From positions 40,734,001 through 40,798,000 of the forward strand of contig NC_134482.1 of assembly GCF_964194025.1 (NCBI RefSeq): 64,000 nucleotides of DNA, given 5' to 3'. The position numbers and the translations under genes were made by a program. This DNA is from Convolutriloba macropyga. Its lineage: Eukaryota. Below the pieces are notes generated by a model. The model made no database searches and was not told where the DNA came from. It saw only the letters and a list, made by a program, of their open reading frames with translations. Shown here piece by piece: positions 37,201-49,074 of the stretch (within the stretch, counting starts at the first letter, position 1; each line of letters starts with the position of its first letter).

Positions 37201-39970
37201 TTGAGAATGAAGAAAAGCATGTTGCCGCAAAAGGATACAGAAAAAAAATTCATTTTCAGAAATGGCCGCTAATTAAATCCAAACGATTTTCAGCATCATT
37301 CTGTCCAAAACATTTTTAGGAGCAATCATAGGTTAAATCTTTGTGAATCCATTTTTCAACAAAAATCAGCAGTCGCTAGAAATGTTGAAACTTGGCTCAA
37401 GACCTTCATCTGCGCTTTTGTTGCTTTTTTGCCGTATGCTTTGTTCAACATGGGATCAAATCGAACGCCAGCAAGGTATGTTGGGCTTTTTTTTAGCTAT
37501 TGCGCACAAATTATAAGTAACTTTGCAGATTTTGGACTGGAAAACTAGAGACCAACTAATCGTTTAAATAAATCAGCAGCTAGGAGCCAGAAAAAATACA
37601 AATAATTTCTCAGAGTTCTGATATTTTCTAATTGCAATTCAATCCCAACAGTTTTTAAGAGCTTTTTGTTGTCATTTAAATGTACTTGACGTTAACGGCA
37701 CAGCTATTTGACCTATTTGTTCTGAAAAATAGTGTTTTTGTTATTTTTAGAACGATCTTCTGCATGAACAAACCGTTCGATATTCAATTTTCAAACGGAA
37801 TAAAATCTTGATCTTGTTTCCATTTCACATTTATACTCAAAAGATAATGTGATATAAAGTTTTTCTCGCTCGGATCATAATACAATCATCTTACAGCATA
37901 AAGAGAAAAAATTGTCTGACGCCAATATTAATCTGTTGTTCAACTAGCAGCGTTGACAGCGATATCTGTTTTTTTTTCATTTGTATCAGGCTGCATGTGT
38001 ATTATAATTAGCTGATGCTTCCTTTTCTTGCTGAAATTCAAATTCTGTTAAACACTTACCCCCGCCTTAAAACGAATACGCATTATATAATGGAATATGC
38101 TTTTATTGCTCATCTTCAAAACACCATTGTTCAAGGAAATCATTGTCGTGAAATCAGGAAAATAAAAAGTGGTAAAAAGTGCACTTAACCCCTCCTCTTA
38201 AAATTTCACAGTTAAAGACTCTTTCAATTAACAAAAACGGTTATCCGGAGCTGTAAGTTATTTTTTATCTATCGCAGAAGTTGAAGATGATCAAGCCAAT
38301 ACTTTTATTTTATGTTTCCCAGTTCGTACTTTGGAACACGGGTGATTCAACTTTTCATTGGCAGAGCAAAAAACTCATTGTTTTCTTCTCAAAGATCGGT
38401 TTAGGAAGGAGAAAATTTTGCATTGAAGCAACAAGGATACCGCAGGGATCCTTAGCAACTTGTGATGATGGTCCAAATTTTGTTGAGAGTCTTTGGGCTG
38501 AAAATTTTGCCTTATCATTTCTACCAATTATTATGCTATGTTTATGAAACCTATGAATGGCCTTAGCTTTGGAATTCAGATTTTGTAATCCCAGTTCCTT
38601 AGAAAAAATTCAATAACAAAACGATATTCCTGACTCATTGAATCCTCTTTCATTAATTAACTCCAAAAAACAAAATAGAATAAATTTCTAAAATGATCCT
38701 TTCCACTAATGTTTTAACAAATTTTTTTATTGATTTACTCTACGCTAATTTGATAGATGTGGTCATCTATCCAAATATAATGACTACGTTTATTTCAACT
38801 TTTTTCCATACAAATTGTCTCCAATTGGTCTCCATTATTAGTTTAAGAAACTATCACCGGATATTTATTAGGTAGAACTGGGCTTGTCAGACTTGATTGA
38901 AATATGTTAGGCAAAGTTGACATAACAAGCAGTATCACCCAGGGTTGCCTACTTGAAGCGCTTTTAATCCTCTTGTATCTAGATGAATGCTTTCTTTAAC
39001 TATGAGTTCTAAATTTTTTTGTTTTATTGAAGAAACAAAGGCTTGTTTTCTACAACCTAATTGTTTTTTCTAACTCTCAGATCAATATTGATGGACTTTC
39101 TATAGGGCGCGAAGAAAATGGTTTGATCATTAATCACAGCCACTGCGATTTAATTGGTTTTTCTGCCAACTCCACTGTTGCATTATAACAGATGATCAAA
39201 TACCGAAACATATTGATTGTACCCCTGAGCTCTGGACCTCGGATTTTATTTATTGTCAACTTTCAAATGGGAATTTCTCATTCGCTCAACCACTATATCA
39301 ATTTGTCAATTCATGCCTGAAAAGTTTTCATTTATCAGAGGTTTTCAATTATCTAAATTTTTCATTTAGCAAAGGCACCATGTTGTATGTCAAGCAAAGT
39401 CAACATAATCTTGTATTATTGTTGCTTTTTATCGACTCTTCGATGTCGACCACAAGTATGCTGTCCTGATGTGTTTTATATTCGACTGACGGTATATTTC
39501 ACCTGAAATGTGTTTAATTGTGTTTTGGAAACTCGGAACATTTATCTCTCTTGCAACGTGCTAACTGCACTCCGATATTGTATCACTTGATTGAAGGCAA
39601 TCTCACTTTAGTTTATTGCTATTAGAAGTGGTGAAAGTTGTTTCCTAATTAGCGCATACGTTACAATTGTGCAGAATAACTGATTTGTAAGAAATGGTTG
39701 TGTTCAACATATTTTTTGTCCGCTAAAAGCAACACATTTTCATGGCTTCGATATTGTTGACAACGATTTGAACTATTATAGAGTTTTCAATCTACTTAGG
39801 CCAATAACGAATTGGAGATCTCTTCTGGGTAATCTCTCAGAACTTCTGTGACTCTATTAATAATAACAATTTACCCTGTACTGAGTCAATAGAATGTGAC
39901 TGCCCTATTTGCAGATATTTGCTATATCTATTGTCGTACTTAAGGTTTCTTAATTTTCTTTTTTAGTCAC
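36420..39970 (+). mobile_element. Heavily decayed CR1-type LINE (ORF1 C-terminus and ORF2)
   Basis: VETWLK (~37384); ATCDDG for KATGPDG (~38455); TSSITQGCLLEALL for TSGVPQGS (~38925); C-terminal CTESIECDCPICR (~39877-39915). Confidence 0.7.
36425..37008. repeat. Recent 292-bp tandem duplication
   Basis: ORFs 36476/36768 and 36496/36788 are offset by 292 and nearly identical. Confidence 0.95.
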
Positions 39971-39979
39971 CTCTTGCAT

Positions 39980-40448
39980 CCCCGGGCCGAAGTTTTACCC
40001 TTAATCCAGGCCTAATTATCTGGGATTAGAGTGTAATGCAGATTCAACTCCTATTTAGTGGGGAAAAGATTGTAAAGGTAAAATTTTAAAAAATTACACT
40101 GTATTTAAACTCTTTTCTCCACTCTTTTTACACTCTTTGCAAAGAGTGTAATTTAGGGTGGACTGATAAAAAATTACACTCTTATACAATTACCATTATA
40201 ACCAAAATGAAACGTTTAGGTTTTGAAGCAGTTGGCGCAATGGTTAATGCATTAAGCGAAAGTAACAAGTTGGACATAGGGAAGGGTGGGGGATCGAGCC
40301 TCACCACCTCCTTCTGCCTTTATTTTTTAAAATTGCACTCTTGTAATTACACCCTTCCACCGTTAATTAAGCGGAGAAATAGGGGTAAATTTTTTTTATT
40401 TTAGCACTCTTTTCCCCGTTATTTTTGGGTAAAATCCTCGGCCCGGGG
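39980..40448. mobile_element. MITE-like element with ~21-bp TIRs and repeated internal TTACACTCT motif
   Basis: Left end ccccgggccgaagttttaccc; right end gggtaaaatcctcggcccgggg; perfect 24-bp palindrome at 40128-40151; no TSD resolved. Confidence 0.8.
40225..40312 (+). promoter_or_regulatory. tRNA-like / Pol III A-box and B-box remnant inside the MITE
   Basis: A-box TGGCGCAATGG (40233-40243); B-box-like GGATCGAGCC (40291-40300) in a 7-bp T-arm-like stem; T-run at ~40323-40328. No good anticodon arm. Confidence 0.55.
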
Positions 40449-40599
40449 CCACACTCTTTTTCTATACTGTTAAAGCTTCGTAATCAATAAAATCATATCT
40501 TTTACTACCTGTGCAATGCGAACTATATATCCAATCCAAATATTCCTGTTATTGACGTCAAAAGAGTTTGGAAAAGAAAACCAAAGAAATTATAATGTC

Positions 40600-40830
40600 G
40601 ATCAACTTAACCAAAAGTAAAACTGTCCTGTGAAGGGATTCCGTGATCTACGCATTCACGACTTCAGTTTCGGAACTTCGACGGCTATCAAAGATCTTGA
40701 TTTGATAGTTTCTAGCAACTTATCATAGAGCAACCGCTTCTAACAAAGAGCTAGTAAACATTTCACTGCCCTGTGCAGTCTCAAGCGTTGTGTCTCAGCC
40801 ACCACCCTGTCCAACAAAAAACCCATCGGT
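40600..40830 (+). mobile_element. CR1-type RT C-terminal fragment
   Basis: IKDLDLIVSSNLS*S...RASK...LKR. Confidence 0.65.
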
Positions 40831-40900
40831 AGCCCTTAAGTTAACATTACGCCGTAAAGTTTAATTTTAAAGAAATCTGTTGCCTCGGGTATTGGTAATC

Positions 40901-42096
40901 CAGGTTATGGTCCAGACCCAAATTGGTTTATGATCAGACCCAGTCGAGCGCACAATCGTGTGTTCCCAGACCGAAATTAAAGGGTCTGGCCGGAAGTTCG
41001 AGCGCACTACGGTCTGGACGATGGTCTGGAGATGGTTTGATCAAAAGTAATTTTGGTCTGAAAAGTCTGGACCATGGTCTAGAGATGGTCTGATCAGAGA
41101 TCAATTGGGTCTGAAAAGTCTGATCAAAGGCGGATTCGAGCGCATTTGAGTCTGATCAGAGGCGACTTCGAGCGCAATTGGGTCGGATCATAACCTCTTC
41201 GAGCGCAATTGGGTCGGATCATAACGTCTTCGAGCGCAATTGGGTCTGATCAGAAATGTTTTTGAAAGCAATTGGGTCTGATCAGGGACAGTTTTGAGCG
41301 CCCTATTTTTTCTTTTTTTTTTGTTTTTTTTTTACTGAGAGATGTTGACTCCGCCAAGAAGAAGAAGCAACAATAAAGCAGCTTTCTGATCAGAGACTCA
41401 TCAGAAGTCCGATAGCTCTGATCAGAAAACAGGATTCCAGCTGATATCAAAGGCCGGTCCCCTTCAGAAAAAATTTTGATCAAATGGAGACCACGATGTT
41501 TCTTATGGAAAGCTGTCTAAACTCATCCATTCAGTCAGAAAAACACTAAGCGGTACTCTAGAAAAATTTAATCCCAACAGTTGGGTTTCCTTTTCTTCAG
41601 CAATACCTTTATAATTGATTTTTCCTTAGATGAATTAAATACTGCAACTATCAGTTTTTATGAAAGGAATATATTATAGCAAAATTAAGCGATTTGTCCG
41701 TAATTTAAATATATCTCTGATCAGACTATTGCGAGCGCACTTGAGTCTGATCAGAACCGGTTTCGAGCGCGCTTCAGTCTGATCATAAATGGCTTCGAGC
41801 GCAACTGGGTCTGATCAAAAACTCTTCGAGCGCACTTGAGTCTGATCATAGTCTGATTAAGGTCTGGGCAATGGTCTGATTTTGAGTCTGGACCATGGTC
41901 TGAAGTTCGTCTTATCAGAACACCTTCGGTATGAAAATTCTGATCAGAGACCCTTTGTGTCTGGAAAGGCTGATCAGAGGTATCTTGGGTCTGGAAAGTC
42001 TGATCAGTGTTAATTTCCGTCTGGAAAGTCAGGTCAAAAATAATTTCGGTCTGGATAGTCTGATCAGACAAAAACTTGGGTTTGCAACTCAACCTG
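40901..42096. mobile_element. Non-autonomous DNA-transposon-like element (CAGG termini, hAT-like) with phased 30/31-bp subterminal repeats
   Basis: Left caggttatggtccagacccaa versus reverse complement of right end caggttgagttgcaaacccaa; many TCTGATCAGA and TCGAGCGCA motifs; AT-rich core ~41490-41715; TSD not found. Confidence 0.65.
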
Positions 42097-42245
42097 GAAT
42101 TTAAATCTGATTGCGCTTGTATTACAAAAACATATTGTTATATACTTATGGCGGCCTCAGTTTTTTGCAAATAGTTTTTTTTCAAGGGTTTTCTATTTTT
42201 ATTAACTTAACAAGACTATGGCAAATGTTCACGGAAAAGGGAACC

Positions 42246-42555
42246 CAGGGTGAGGTGCGCAACCCAAACCAGCTCTGATCAGACCGTCCAGATCAATATC
42301 GGCTCTGATCAGACAGATTTGAGTCGCGCACTGTGGGTGCCAGACCGACTTTAGTAGCGCACTGTGGGTGCCAGACTGACTTGAGTAGCGCACTGTGGGT
42401 GCCAGACCGATTTGAGTAGCGCACTGTGTGTGCAAGACCGACTTGAGTAGCGCACTGTGGGTGCCAGACCGACTTGAGTAGCGCACTGTGGATCCCAGAC
42501 CGACTTGAGCAGCGCACCGTGGGTGCCAGACCGACATGAGTAGCGCACTGTGAGA
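42246..42555 (+). repeat. Truncated second family member: TIR-like end plus ~7.5 copies of a 31-bp minisatellite
   Basis: cagggtgaggtgcgcaacccaa at 42246; unit gagtagcgcactgtgggtgccagaccgactt over 42320-42552. Confidence 0.9.
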
Positions 42556-44560
42556 CTGTATTTTTTTTGAGCAAAGACTCTTTACTGTGTACTTTTTTAT
42601 GCCTTCTTCTAACCTGTTTTTAGCATCAGGTCACCACTGCCTCCAAATCACACAGGGAGTGTTTTCAAGAGCGGTCCCCAAAGAAGCTATTCGCAAGAAA
42701 AATTATTTGCAAGATTTTTTGAACAACGGATTAGCCCATATGACTTTTGTGTCTGGACAGCTTTAGGCTTTCAGCACAAAGAGGAAATTGAAGCTGTAAT
42801 AAGTCACTGTGACGTGCCTAGTTAAAATAGTTTAGAAAAAAGACAAATTTCATTTAAGAAACAACGGAAGTTCTTGCGTTTCCGAACTACACGTGTCTCC
42901 TGTAACACTTTGGTAGGTGCTGAACAAACATTTTCGTTGTTTTTCATTTTTTTTCGTAAAAAGATAAATCGAAAATGTCCGCCAAAATTCGACACGTAAA
43001 CCAGAATTATAGCACTCTTGTCGCATTGACCGCCTTAAGTCTACTCAGAAAATCATTTTGCTTTTTGAATTAATAATGGATGATAGAAGCGTTTAAGATC
43101 AGTTCTCAGTTTTTCTAGTTTTGTGTGTTGAATTTCGCCTGCTTTTCTTCGATTACTTTTGCTTTGTCACTTCTTCTCTTAGCCATTGACGGTCTATTTC
43201 GGGCGAAGATCAATAATAGTGCATAGACGTTCTCTAATGAAATGGGCATCAAGGATGTAATGATGAAAACTCTCGCTTTCTTCGGAGGCTCCTCTGCATC
43301 ACTTCTACATTCCGTTGCTTTTTCAGATCTCAATGAAAAATGCACATTCTTGTTAAAAGTCCTTTTTAATTGAGAAACTATTTGTTTGCTTAAGCATTGA
43401 AAAAAGTATTTCACGGTTATGAACTCCTACCACTAATTTTGCGCTTATTAATTGTTGTTAGAATATCAAAATTGGTACAAACATACGCTGAATTGTTGTT
43501 CTCTACTGTGATCAAAATTCCCAAATTTCACGGGCTTCAGCGTTAAAATTTTTACGACAACCGATCGTTCTCATCAGAAATTTTTCGTTTTAGGTTCATT
43601 CTACTCTGAACATTTAAATCCATAAAACTTGTTAATTGCGTGTAATTTTTTGCTGATCCTTAGATTATTTATAAGCTTGAATAGGTTTTTGAAAAACAGA
43701 CTGTGAATGAAAAGAAGTTCGTGATGTTGTAGAATATAAAGGATTCATGAACAAAGATGACTTCAGAATACAAGTTGCAATCTCCTATTGCAAGTAAAGG
43801 AGCCGGAAAATGAACAGAAAGAAAGACATACGCAAGCAATAAAAATTGTATTACAAAATGTTATTTTATTTTTTGCACCAATGTAGCTATCTAAAACACG
43901 TATGACTTATGGCATTCGCAACACAAAAAACGGTATTGAAAAAATTGATGAAACCTGCAGAATTTTTCTTCCGACGATGTCTTCAAAAATATTTATTAAC
44001 CCTCGTTTTACATGCAACACACATATTCATTCCACGCGCATACTCATTTCTGTATACTCTCCACAGGCATATTCATTTCTGTATAGCAAGGCTCGAAAGA
44101 ATCGAAAAAAAAGACATCTACAAAAGAAAATTTTTGATTGATACACACACACCTANNNNNNNNNNNNNNNNNNNNNNNNNNNNNNNNNNNNNNNNNNNNN
44201 NNNNNNNNNNNNNNNNNNNNNNNNNNNNNNNNNNNNNNNNNNNNNNNNNNNNNNNNNNNNNNNNNNNNNNNNNNNNNNNNNNNNNNNNNNNNNNNNNNNN
44301 NNNNNNNNNNNNNNNNNNNNNNNNNNNNNNNNNNNNNNNNNNNNNNNNNNNNNNNTTCCAAAAATTAAAAAAAAGCAAAAGTACTTAACTTTTACAATGT
44401 AAAAAAATAATAAGATAGCCCCGTAAGTACATTAAGCCAATCCATAAAAAAGTTGATAACAAAAAAGTGTACGTGATTAACGAAGAATTAAAAATTATAG
44501 GAAAAAAATCAGTATTAATTTTATTAGACTTCGACTTTATTTACATTGAAAGTACACGTT

Positions 44561-44921
44561 TCACAAATAATTATTGATAAAATTTAGAAATTTAACATCA
44601 TGAAAATTGATCATGATTGTTTGAAGAAATATAAAAAGTTGCAATGCAGCTAATATTACGTGAAATCCACACAAATTATTCGTTTTCTGAAGTGGACGTT
44701 GTATTCTTTTCTGATGCATGTCATTCAAATGTTTTTTGTGTGAATGTTTGAGCTAAAGGATTTGCACAATTTTTTTTCTGTTGAGTCGAGCAAATCAATA
44801 AGTAATTGTCCAATGATTTGCAACTTTTCTTCTTGAAGAGGTGATGATGACAGCGAAGCTGAATTTAAAGCTTCTGCTCTGTATTTTCTTCAATAGGCTG
44901 TCTCAGGAAAGTGCTATCTAT
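44561..44921 (-). pseudogene. Maverick adenain-like cysteine protease remnant, copy A
   Basis: Manual translation: FAVIITSSRRKVANHW...QRPLQKTNNLCGFHVILAALQLF...NFINNYL*; catalytic H and Q..CG motifs present. Confidence 0.78.
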
Positions 44922-45266
44922 GGCAAACACTTTTTCTTTGCCTTATTTCGAAAGTATCGTTAAAGCATGATCTGTAACTTTAAAATCAATCTGAGACGAT
45001 TCGTTTTCTTCAAAAAACAACATTTTTTCGATGCTTTACCTCGAAAAAAATGTCTGCTTGTTTATTTATGTCATTAGAGTCAGTATGGGAATTTTGATGG
45101 AAGAAAATTTTTACCATGAAGAGTGACAAAAGTCAGGGAAGTTACATCAACGAAAAAGTTTGTATTAGTTCTACCCCCACTTACGCCCATTTTCCTTTAA
45201 GAAATGATTTGGTGAATAGAATGAAAAGTAGGTGTTGATGTTATCATGAATTGTTATCATCTTTCA

Positions 45267-45703
45267 ATTCGTTACCATGAATTGAACTGTATAACTATTC
45301 AATTGGTAAAGTTTTTGGTCTCGCAATGTAGAACTAAATGTTGGAAATGTAGGGGAAAGATTATCGACTTTAAATTTTGATCAGTTGGAACGGTTTCAAA
45401 AATCTCCTGACAATTTTTGTTTTCAGGAGGAACTTTCGTACTTTTGAATTTTTAGCTGTTTTACGGCTTTGAATTTTTGATTTCTGGAAATCAAAAAGTC
45501 AAAGCCGTAAAACAGCTAAAGACTAAAAAGTACGAAAGTTACTCCTGAAACAAAACTTGTCAGGAGATTTTTGAAACCGTTCCAACTGATCAAAGTTTAA
45601 AGTCGATAATCTTTCTCCTACATTTCCAACATTTAGTTCTACCACGGGCGACCAAAACTCTTACCAATTGAATAGTTATACAGCTCAATTCATGATAACG
45701 AAT
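45267..45703. repeat. ~437-bp fold-back palindrome (two ~218-bp arms, 2-nt centre at 45485-45486)
   Basis: tttttgatttc-tg-gaaatcaaaaa centre; arms pair out to attcgttaccatgaattg / caattcatgataacgaat with scattered mismatches. Confidence 0.96.
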
Positions 45704-46330
45704 ACATTTTGAAGCATCTTGAATTGAAGTTAGATCAAAAACAAGCACATATTAGTTCTTAAAAAGACGTCTAGTTAAAGCCGGAAGTCGTTTCGTGAAG
45801 TTCATTGCTTACATTGTTGTTGCGTATAACCTAAAATTGTTGGTCGTAGAAATTTAGACATTCATTTTACCTCCGTAAAGTCCTATCTCTATGTTCTCTT
45901 AACGCAAAAATTTGGTAACAGAGAGTTTTTGCTGGAAAAAGTCCCCTGAAATTGTGTTCATAACTATCAATTGGTCTTTTCAGAGCATTTTCCCTTAGTA
46001 AACTGGTTCTATCCCTAAGGAGCAATAAACGTACGCGCAGTTGTTTCCATAAGGTTATAAAAAACTGTTGAAGAATTAATTGGTATTTGTGAGTGTGATG
46101 ATACACACCTTTAACAATAGCATTTTTTGTGAATAGGGAACATTCGAGGAAAGAAAACGTGAGAATTGTACGAGACAATGTAAAAATTATGTTTTGCACA
46201 AACGAATTGTAGTTTTTTTGTAATTGTAAGCAGCAATTTTTCAAATGGAGTGAATCAGTTGCTAATTTACTGCTAAAGATAACTCCACTTTTCCAGAAAA
46301 ATCTTTGCGATATCCGACGCTCAATATTTT
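45555..46330 (-). pseudogene. Maverick major capsid protein remnant, copy A (C-terminal half)
   Basis: ECSLFTKNAIVKGVYHHTHKYQL; VFDLTSIQDA (~45710-45742). Confidence 0.72.
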
Positions 46331-46615
46331 TGTAGTGTTATTGAAAAATCTTTCTTTATATTCACTTCTGTACTGGTTGTTTTTATAATTTTTCAAAATT
46401 TAAAGACACATTACAAAATACCATCAAACTACAAAAGTACTATACGTTTACAAACCAATAAAACAAAGAGAAAGCAGCCTAGGTACATATAGCTTAGTTG
46501 TAACAAAGTCGAAAACAAAAGAGTGTGCGTAATTAACGAGGAAAGAAAGATTTCAGGAAAAAATCAGTATTAATGTTATTAGATTTCACATTTAATTACA
46601 TTGAAAGTACACATT

Positions 46616-47013
46616 TCACAAACAATTATTGATAGAATTTAAAAATTGAATTTCATGAACATTGTTTATGATTGTTTGAAGAAATATAAATAGTTGAAAT
46701 ACAGCTAAGATTGGGCAAAAATCCACACAAATTAGCTATTTTCTGACGAGGTTGTTGTATTCGTTCCTGAAGCATGCCATTCAAAATTTTTTTGAGTGAA
46801 AGTTTACGCTGAAGGATTTGCACTTTTTTTTCTGTAGAGTCGAGCAATCATTATCCAAGGATTTCCAACTTTTTTGAAGATTTGAAGAGGTGGCCATTAC
46901 AGAGGCTGAATTAAAAGCTCACTCGGGGCACAATGTGCTAGAAAAGGTCGAATGAAACGGAATTTCTTCTCCGGATTTTGTTAAAAAATCTGTCTTAAGA
47001 AAGTACTATCTAT
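46616..47013 (-). pseudogene. Maverick protease remnant, copy B
   Basis: ORF 46653-46847 contains IQQPRQKIANLCGF; homologous to copy A. Confidence 0.72.
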
Positions 47014-47344
47014 ACAAACAGTCTTTCTTTAATTTATTTTGCAAGTGTTGCTAGTGCTTGAACTGTGACCGTAAGAAAAGTCAAATGATTCCTTTTCTTC
47101 AAATAACAACAATTATTTTGACGCATTACCTTGTTAGAAAAAAACAGTGTTTGCTGGGCTATTTTTGTCATCACCCAGTATGGAAGTTTTGATGGTAGAA
47201 AAAAATTACAATGAAGTGTACCAAATATTTGGAAAGTAGCAACAACGAAAAAGTTTGTATCAGTTCGCCCCCCGTTTACGTCCATTTCCATATAAGAAAA
47301 GATTTGTTGAATGGTAAGAAAAGTGGGTGTTTATAACTCATGGA

Positions 47345-47960
47345 GCAATAAAAGTATATGCAATCGTTTCCATATGGTTTTAAAAAGCGTGTTGATGAAT
47401 TAAAAGGTATTTGATAGTGCGATGACACGCACGGATAACAATAGCATTTCTTCTGAATAAGCCAAAAAACAGTTTTAATTAAACGTGAGGATTTTACGAG
47501 AACATGTAAAAATTTTGTCTTGCGCGAAAAAGATTTAGTCTAATTTTTGTAAATGGAAGCAGCAACTTTTGAAATGCAGTATATCAAATGCTAGTTTTCC
47601 CCGATAGATATTTCCATTTTTCATTAAAAGTTCTTTCTCACAGTCTAAAAACGGATTTTATTCAAAGTCTTTGGAATCTGTTTCAATTTCATGTCCATGA
47701 AAAGCCAAAAAACCTTCATTGTTTCGGACTGAAGTGTTGAGTTCACTGTAAAGTGAATCCTTGTGTCCGTAGATTCTATATGAAATTGTAAGCTTGCTGG
47801 TTACTCAGATGCATTTCGGAGGCTGGGAAGCGTGATTGAAGCAAAGTTTTCACGTGAGTTAGATAGTGTAAATTATAGTTTTAAAAGTCTTTCCAATATC
47901 CGACGCTCCTTAATTTCATAGAGTCAATAAAAAACTTCTCTTTCGTCCCTTTCTGTACTG
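47345..47960 (-). pseudogene. Maverick major capsid protein remnant, copy B (N-terminal/central part)
   Basis: YLTHVKTLLQSRF..EMHLSNQQ; YRGKLAFDI..KLLLPFTKIRLNLFRARQNFYM; HMETIAYTFIAP, read across frameshifts. Confidence 0.78.
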
Positions 47961-48249
47961 GTTTAGGCGTTGAAGAAGTTGAAAAAATAAAATACTAGAA
48001 AAGAACGAATTAAAAAAGCCTAAAAATTGTAAAAGCCCAACAAAAACAAAAGTTTTTTACTTGACAATTATTTTAAAAAAGTACTCTGATAATTTATAAA
48101 GAATGCACTTTAGGTACATTTAGCCTTGTCGTAAATACAGCCGTGAAAAAAACAGTGTGCGCAATTAACGAGGAATTAAAGTTTCAGGAAAAAAATCAAT
48201 ATTATTATTTTTAGACATCTACTTTTTTTTACCTTGAGTTTCAACATTC

Positions 48250-48652
48250 CGCAAAAAAAACAAATAAAACGTTTTGTTAATGGATTATCAAGAACAAAGG
48301 TCAATTTTTTTTGAAGAAATGGAGATATATTTGAAACACAGCTAAGATTGTGTAAAATCCACGCAAATAAGTCTTTTTCTGAAGTAGACTATGCATCTTT
48401 TTCTGATGCTTGTTTTTCAAATGTTTTTTATATGAATGATCGAGCTCAAAGATCTGCATAATTTTACATTCTGTTGAGTAGAGCAGTCATTATCCAACGA
48501 TTGCAAAGTTCACTACTTGAAGAGGGGACGATGACAGCGCAGCTGAATTTAAAGCTGATTTGATACACAATGTGCTGGAAAAGATCCGATAAAACCGAGG
48601 TTCTGCTCTGGAAATTGTTCAGTAATCTGTCTCAGGAAAGTCCTATTTATGG
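48250..48652 (-). pseudogene. Maverick protease remnant, copy C
   Basis: Nucleotide homology to copies A, B and D; NRWIMTARLNR. Confidence 0.68.
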
Positions 48653-49074
48653 CAAACACTTTTTTCTCTGCCGTATCTCGCAAGTAATGTTAATGCATGA
48701 TCTATAACTTTACAATCAAGCTCATATGATTCGTTTTCTTCAAAAAGCAACAGTTATTTGCCGCCTTACCTCGTTCGAAAAAAACTTTGTTTGCTTGTGT
48801 GTTTTTTGTCATCAGAGTCAACCTGGGACTTTAGATGGAAGAAAAAAATTGAAATGAAGATTACCAAACCTTGGAAAGTGTACATCAACAAAAAAATTTT
48901 GTATTATTTCTCCTCCGTTTACATACGTTTTCATTTAAGAAATGATTTGGTGAATAGAACGAAAAGTGGATGTTGATAACCCATATCCTTAACCGTCCCA
49001 GAAATCAATATTTCCAAGCCGTAAAAAACTTTAAAAAAAGTGCGCAAAGATTCCTCCTTGAAACAAAATTTGTC

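Noticed and set aside
40225-40312. Functional tRNA gene
   Set aside because: No convincing acceptor or anticodon stems; kept only as a tRNA-like remnant.
41130-42552. CRISPR-like repeat/spacer array
   Set aside because: Variable parts are only ~7 nt or absent, there are no cas genes, and the context is eukaryotic TE DNA; these are minisatellite or subterminal repeats.
42320-42552. Tandem CACAGTG (RAG RSS heptamer / Transib end) on the minus strand
   Set aside because: No nonamer at 12 or 23 nt and no opposing terminus; the heptamer is internal to the 31-bp unit.
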